From a virus (taxonomy: Duplodnaviria > Heunggongvirae > Uroviricota > Caudoviricetes), in IMG/VR virus record IMGVR_UViG_3300044638_005715, positions 39,398 to 103,397 of that record: 64,000 bases of DNA. The stretch is one strand, 5' to 3'. The notes under the pieces were generated by a model. It did no database searches, was not told the origin of the DNA, and saw only the letters and a program-made list of their open reading frames with translations. This document shows positions 59,874 through 64,000 of the stretch, piece by piece. The translations under genes were made by a program, and so were the position numbers. The number at the start of each line of letters is the position of its first letter. The stretch's first letter is position 1.

Positions 59874-62385
59874 CTGGATTTAGGTTGTTTAATATAGCAC
59901 CAATACCATTCATATTAAACATGTTATTAATTCTTGACTTTTCCATATTCTTTCTTCTGTCCGCGAACGGAGATGATAATTCTCGTTTCCTGAATTTTTG
60001 TCTTTGTTCTTGTAAAAATCTAATAGAGTTTTTATTAATATTGGATATTCTATCAGCATTATATCTATTTAATCGGCCAAATTGTGGTGTCCAGCTATTA
60101 AATTTATATGATGTGGTAATACCATCTATTGAAATAGATATATCTAAACCAGTTAAATATGGGCCAGAACCACCCATTTTTTCAGCCAAGTTATATTCTG
60201 GTATAGTAGCTACATCAATAGATCCGCTTTCAGTATCCCCAATTCCAGAATTATCAATATACGCATATGCAGAAAATGCTACTTGTTGTAAAGTTGCATA
60301 ACTACCATAAGTTTCCGGACGTAGGCTATCCTCTAAAATAACTTCAGTACCACCATCTCCCTCTACTTTATTCCACCAAGCACCCCAACTATATTTATTA
60401 CTTTGTCGGGGCACACCTACTACATATGGTATATCCATAGCTGGAACCAGTGGGAAGGCAAAAACAGATGAAAAATCCATACCTCCCTGTAATAATTTAT
60501 TATATGAATAATCTGCATCCGGAATTAATTGTAATACTTGCATATAGTCAAATAAAAATCTATCTTCTGTCATATATCCGTCATCTATATATACTGGTGG
60601 TACAGTAACCAAAGCATATTGATGACCATTTTGAACGTATACTGTTCTATCAACCTGTACGTTATATGAAGCTATTGTCCTTCCTTGTATCTCATATGAA
60701 TCTGATATATTACTAAAATCCTTAATTAGTGAACTTTCATTGATTAACCATTCGCAGGCTGGTTTCAGTTTTCCTTCTGCGTCATAAAAAGCAATATCTC
60801 TATATGAATCTACTCTCACTGGGCCATATAGTGCAGGTTCTATCCATGCAGAATCAGCTATATCCCAAGCATTAATTACCCTATATTCTTCTGGTATCCA
60901 CTTTATATTATTAAATATGCCGCCCGGTTCTTCTGATAGCCTTACCAAAAACTTGCGGCCATAGAACTCATTACCGGCCGTAGAAATAATTGAACAAAGA
61001 CTATTTAAAATATCTAGGATCTCTTCAGAAATTAAGCCAGATTTAATTTTACCAGAGCAGTATTGATATGCGACTGGATCGCCATTAGCAATCGCCGTAA
61101 TAGCCTGGACATCAAATTCTCTACCAGCATAACTATTCTCATCTTGTAAATCACAATAAGTATAAACATAGGGGGCTAATACAGTTTTATTTAATATATG
61201 ATATAGGGCCCATGTATCAAACCCACTCATTGCACATCTTACTTCAAAAACTGTAGAGGGCCAATATTCACCAAAATTAGTTTGTCTTGGATACAATGCC
61301 CTCAACCAATTAGAAACCTTATAATCTAAAACAGGAATAACAGCATTAGATTTCGGACTATAATTAGTGCCATAATAAAAATTATCTGAAACACTTGGGA
61401 CAGTTTCGATTTTTTGTGCTGTTTTTATGCCCCAAACTGGTATAAAATCAATTTTATTTATTATCTCGTATTTCGAAGCAGGGCCCCCTACCACTAGCTT
61501 TTGAGTTGGAGAATTAACAAACTCCTTACCAAAGTTAGCACCAGCAAGCAATCCACGCTGTTCATATTCCTTGACAATGCCCTTCACCCTATCCCGCTCA
61601 GGTTGATAGGTTTTAGCATTCAATACGGCATAAATAACAGGATCTTCAATAATTCCGTTCTCACTTATCTCACCACTCTTCGGCCGAATAGATGTTAAAA
61701 AATCATAAGAGAAAATACTACAGCAATCCTCAATAATAGAAGCTAATGACTGAATAGGGCCCTTCAATCTATAGTCACTATTCACAATATCTTTAATAGA
61801 TGACAAATCTATCTCATATTCAGCATTACCAAATTTAGCTTTTCCACCAAATGTTTGTTCTCCCCTAGATATACTCTCTATTATAGAAAGTGCATCCATG
61901 ACAGGATAACCAAGAGAATTCACACCAGAATTACCGAATAAGCCCCCAGTGTAAAAGTTTTCTCTAACACCAAATACATTCCAGACATTACGAATATCCC
62001 CTCCAACAAACACATTTGCGGCAACACTAGGAAATTGGCCATAGAAATTTGTGCCATCATAAGCGTCTAATATTATTTGTATTCCTTGTAGTAATTTTCC
62101 TGGAGATTCTAATACTACATCCCATGTATATCCACCCATATTTTTATTGTGAAGATACCTCTGTAAAATTCCACCAAATGTTAACTTACCAAATTTAATA
62201 CCTATTGGTGTTCCTAATCGTGGAAATCTTTGCTCGAAATCTTCTTTAGCTGCTGGACCATCACCCTTAAAAACTAAAGATAATTGTGCGGTGCCACCAT
62301 CAATTCCATATCCAGCATTAAAATTCATTGATTGAATATGGGCCCCAAATAACATTGGTGCCTCAATTATTGGTAATTGACTCAT
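59848..62385 (-). CDS. large virion/tail protein (845 aa)
   Basis: Long ORF in the minus-strand operon; no catalytic motifs. Confidence 0.5.
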   Translation of the reverse strand: MSQLPIIEAPMLFGAHIQSMNFNAGYGIDGGTAQLSLVFKGDGPAAKEDFEQRFPRLGTPIGIKFGKLTFGGILQRYLHNKNMGGYTWDVVLESPGKLLQGIQIILDAYDGTNFYGQFPSVAANVFVGGDIRNVWNVFGVRENFYTGGLFGNSGVNSLGYPVMDALSIIESISRGEQTFGGKAKFGNAEYEIDLSSIKDIVNSDYRLKGPIQSLASIIEDCCSIFSYDFLTSIRPKSGEISENGIIEDPVIYAVLNAKTYQPERDRVKGIVKEYEQRGLLAGANFGKEFVNSPTQKLVVGGPASKYEIINKIDFIPVWGIKTAQKIETVPSVSDNFYYGTNYSPKSNAVIPVLDYKVSNWLRALYPRQTNFGEYWPSTVFEVRCAMSGFDTWALYHILNKTVLAPYVYTYCDLQDENSYAGREFDVQAITAIANGDPVAYQYCSGKIKSGLISEEILDILNSLCSIISTAGNEFYGRKFLVRLSEEPGGIFNNIKWIPEEYRVINAWDIADSAWIEPALYGPVRVDSYRDIAFYDAEGKLKPACEWLINESSLIKDFSNISDSYEIQGRTIASYNVQVDRTVYVQNGHQYALVTVPPVYIDDGYMTEDRFLFDYMQVLQLIPDADYSYNKLLQGGMDFSSVFAFPLVPAMDIPYVVGVPRQSNKYSWGAWWNKVEGDGGTEVILEDSLRPETYGSYATLQQVAFSAYAYIDNSGIGDTESGSIDVATIPEYNLAEKMGGSGPYLTGLDISISIDGITTSYKFNSWTPQFGRLNRYNADRISNINKNSIRFLQEQRQKFRKRELSSPFADRRKNMEKSRINNMFNMNGIGAILNNLNPDEENNGGN

Positions 62386-63908
62386 TTAAATACCCAGGTA
62401 ACATTTACAGTATAATTTCCCAATATTTCATCAAAAGACTCATTAAATGCTTCTACATAATATCCATCCTCTACATTTCCTGGCTTATACCTCAATAAAA
62501 TAGGTTTAAAATATTCGGTTGGTTTTACATTTTTAAAACATTTTGACATAATAGCGTCTATTTGTATAATTCGTCTTCTCTCTGGGCGTGTTCTCATATC
62601 CTGAATTTCAGGCCCATCCACATTAAATATTAGTGGGATGATAGCAATTTTATTAACAATAAAGTCTTCATTATCTGATTCATAGTTTATGTTTATAGAT
62701 AACGATGTGGTAATTGGTTTACCATCTATGATTAATTCTGATGGATATGGCCGATCATTATAAGAATAAGAAAATGTAATAATACCTGAATTTTTATTCC
62801 TTCCAATACTTCTGCTAATTAAAATATTTTGTAGGCTAGACGAGCAATCCCCATACTGTTCATACGCTGAATTAGCTATTGTAAAAGCCTGATTATCAAT
62901 AACATTAAATAGAGCCTCTGCATTAGATAACTTTTGAATTGTGTTGCTAATTGATGATTGTGAATTAAGGCCCTCTATTGTGCCACTCAAGTTAACCGTC
63001 GTAATACCCGACTCATCAAGATCGGAACTGACTTCCATATCCACAACCGCTGGTGACCTTGAGGATAACCAAGTGTCCGTAATTGAATATGATCCACCAG
63101 CAATATCACAATTAGGAACTCTTAAATGATTATAATATAAATAATTATTATCTAAATCAGTAATTCCATTAATTGACCCAGACATTTTCCTAATGTTGAA
63201 ATCAACATCTGAACTACCAGATATACTACCAGTAATTAAGTCATTTGGTGTGACCAGTCTACTTCTAACAAATAATTCTGCTTGTCTCCATGCATCACCA
63301 TCAGTAGCTATTCCGCCCTCATTATATTTTTTTATACCAACAGCAGAAATAGTATGTGATATGGTATATGTTTTATATATGTCAGATTCCCATGAGCCGC
63401 TAGATGTAAATTGATCTGTATTTTCAGTAACTTCTATAGTTTCATCCACAGATTGTATTGCATATGGATATACAGTATTATTATAGGCTTCAAATTCAAA
63501 AGTATATTCTGTATATGCTAGGCCCCTACTTTCATCACTTTGTTCTGGAATATTTACACTTAATAGTTTAGCTGAATCATATTGAAGCGTATTAGGAAGG
63601 CCCCCGTATGGTGTTATTTCTAATTTTCCATGATTATCATTTGATTCTATTTTAGATTGTAATTCAAGTATGATAGCATGAAAATTATTCTGTTTTGCCC
63701 CCTTATTGACTAAGACACCATTATCATCATATTCGGCGTCACCATCTATAATAATACGGCCCGTTATCTGAATATTATATTTAATACCTATTTGAGACCC
63801 ATCATTTACTGGAACAGAAGTGGAATTAATAGAATATTTTGGAAATGGTCGGCCTGATTGGCCCCCAATTGCATATTCAGTTCCATTACTAAAGAAAATT
63901 ACTGCCAT
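62382..63908 (-). CDS. virion/tail protein (508 aa)
   Basis: Long ORF, overlap-coupled to its neighbours. Confidence 0.5.
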   Translation of the reverse strand: MAVIFFSNGTEYAIGGQSGRPFPKYSINSTSVPVNDGSQIGIKYNIQITGRIIIDGDAEYDDNGVLVNKGAKQNNFHAIILELQSKIESNDNHGKLEITPYGGLPNTLQYDSAKLLSVNIPEQSDESRGLAYTEYTFEFEAYNNTVYPYAIQSVDETIEVTENTDQFTSSGSWESDIYKTYTISHTISAVGIKKYNEGGIATDGDAWRQAELFVRSRLVTPNDLITGSISGSSDVDFNIRKMSGSINGITDLDNNYLYYNHLRVPNCDIAGGSYSITDTWLSSRSPAVVDMEVSSDLDESGITTVNLSGTIEGLNSQSSISNTIQKLSNAEALFNVIDNQAFTIANSAYEQYGDCSSSLQNILISRSIGRNKNSGIITFSYSYNDRPYPSELIIDGKPITTSLSININYESDNEDFIVNKIAIIPLIFNVDGPEIQDMRTRPERRRIIQIDAIMSKCFKNVKPTEYFKPILLRYKPGNVEDGYYVEAFNESFDEILGNYTVNVTWVFK

Positions 63909-64000
63909 TATTCAATATATCCCCGTATAAACGTATTCATATTTCTGTCCTGAACAGAAGTTCCATCAATTACAATATTTATACCCAAATCTTGTAAATT
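63908..64000 (-). CDS. 3' end of a further minus-strand structural gene (partial)
   Basis: Open frame to the window edge; its stop TAA overlaps the ATG of 62382-63908 (ATAATG). Confidence 0.35.
   Translation of the reverse strand, partial: NLQDLGINIVIDGTSVQDRNMNTFIRGYIE

Noticed and set aside
57144-63414. Short plus-strand ORFs (57144-57368, 57870-58079, 59885-60301, 61501-61698, 62941-63129, 63193-63414) inside the minus-strand structural operon
   Set aside because: Antisense to long continuous minus-strand genes; low-complexity translations.
1-64000. CRISPR arrays, tRNA/rRNA genes, integrase/att sites
   Set aside because: No regularly spaced direct repeats. Intergenic gaps are under 170 nt and lack cloverleaf-compatible sequence. 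No tyrosine/serine recombinase motifs were seen. The window looks like a lytic-phage interior.

Overview
This window reads as a 64-kb segment of an AT-rich (about 30% GC) tailed dsDNA bacteriophage genome. It is not a bacterial chromosome or a prophage junction.

Positions 1-56303 are one densely packed, almost gap-free + strand block. It carries host-takeover, nucleotide-metabolism and DNA-replication genes:
- a Thg1-like 3'-5' polymerase, a cytidine-deaminase-fold protein, a metallophosphoesterase and an Hsp90-like GHKL ATPase;
- GMP reductase, SSB, ThyX, a MazG-like protein, dCMP deaminase, class I ribonucleotide reductase (nrdB and nrdA), PhoH and a RecA/UvsX-like recombinase;
- a DnaB helicase, a DnaG-type primase, a dNMP kinase, a Cas4/RecB-like nuclease, a DnaQ-like exonuclease and a Pol III alpha (DnaE);
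- a sigma factor and two islands of glycosyltransferase genes.

A perfect bidirectional rho-independent terminator at 56325-56345 separates this block from a convergent - strand block at 56371-64000. That block encodes large virion or tail-like proteins, including a Gly/Ser/Asn-rich fibre-like protein and a vWA-domain protein.

Selfish elements are abundant:
- a LAGLIDADG intein inside nrdB;
- a LAGLIDADG intein inside the Cas4-like nuclease, inserted into its DYK|TG active-site motif;
- a dnaE gene fractured into two ORFs by a split intein, with a free-standing PD-(D/E)xK endonuclease gene between the halves;
- two further free-standing endonuclease paralogs.

Four near-consensus sigma70 promoters (TTGACA-N16-TATAAT) mark early transcription units. 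Two of them are near-identical 28-mers.

The most unusual sequence-level signal is a roughly 30-fold over-representation of the palindrome GGGCCC. I counted at least 33 copies against about 1 expected; this was done by eye. The copies sit in all reading frames, on both strands, and use rare codons.

No tRNA, rRNA or CRISPR arrays were found. All functional calls are motif-based reading of the translated ORFs; no database search was possible.
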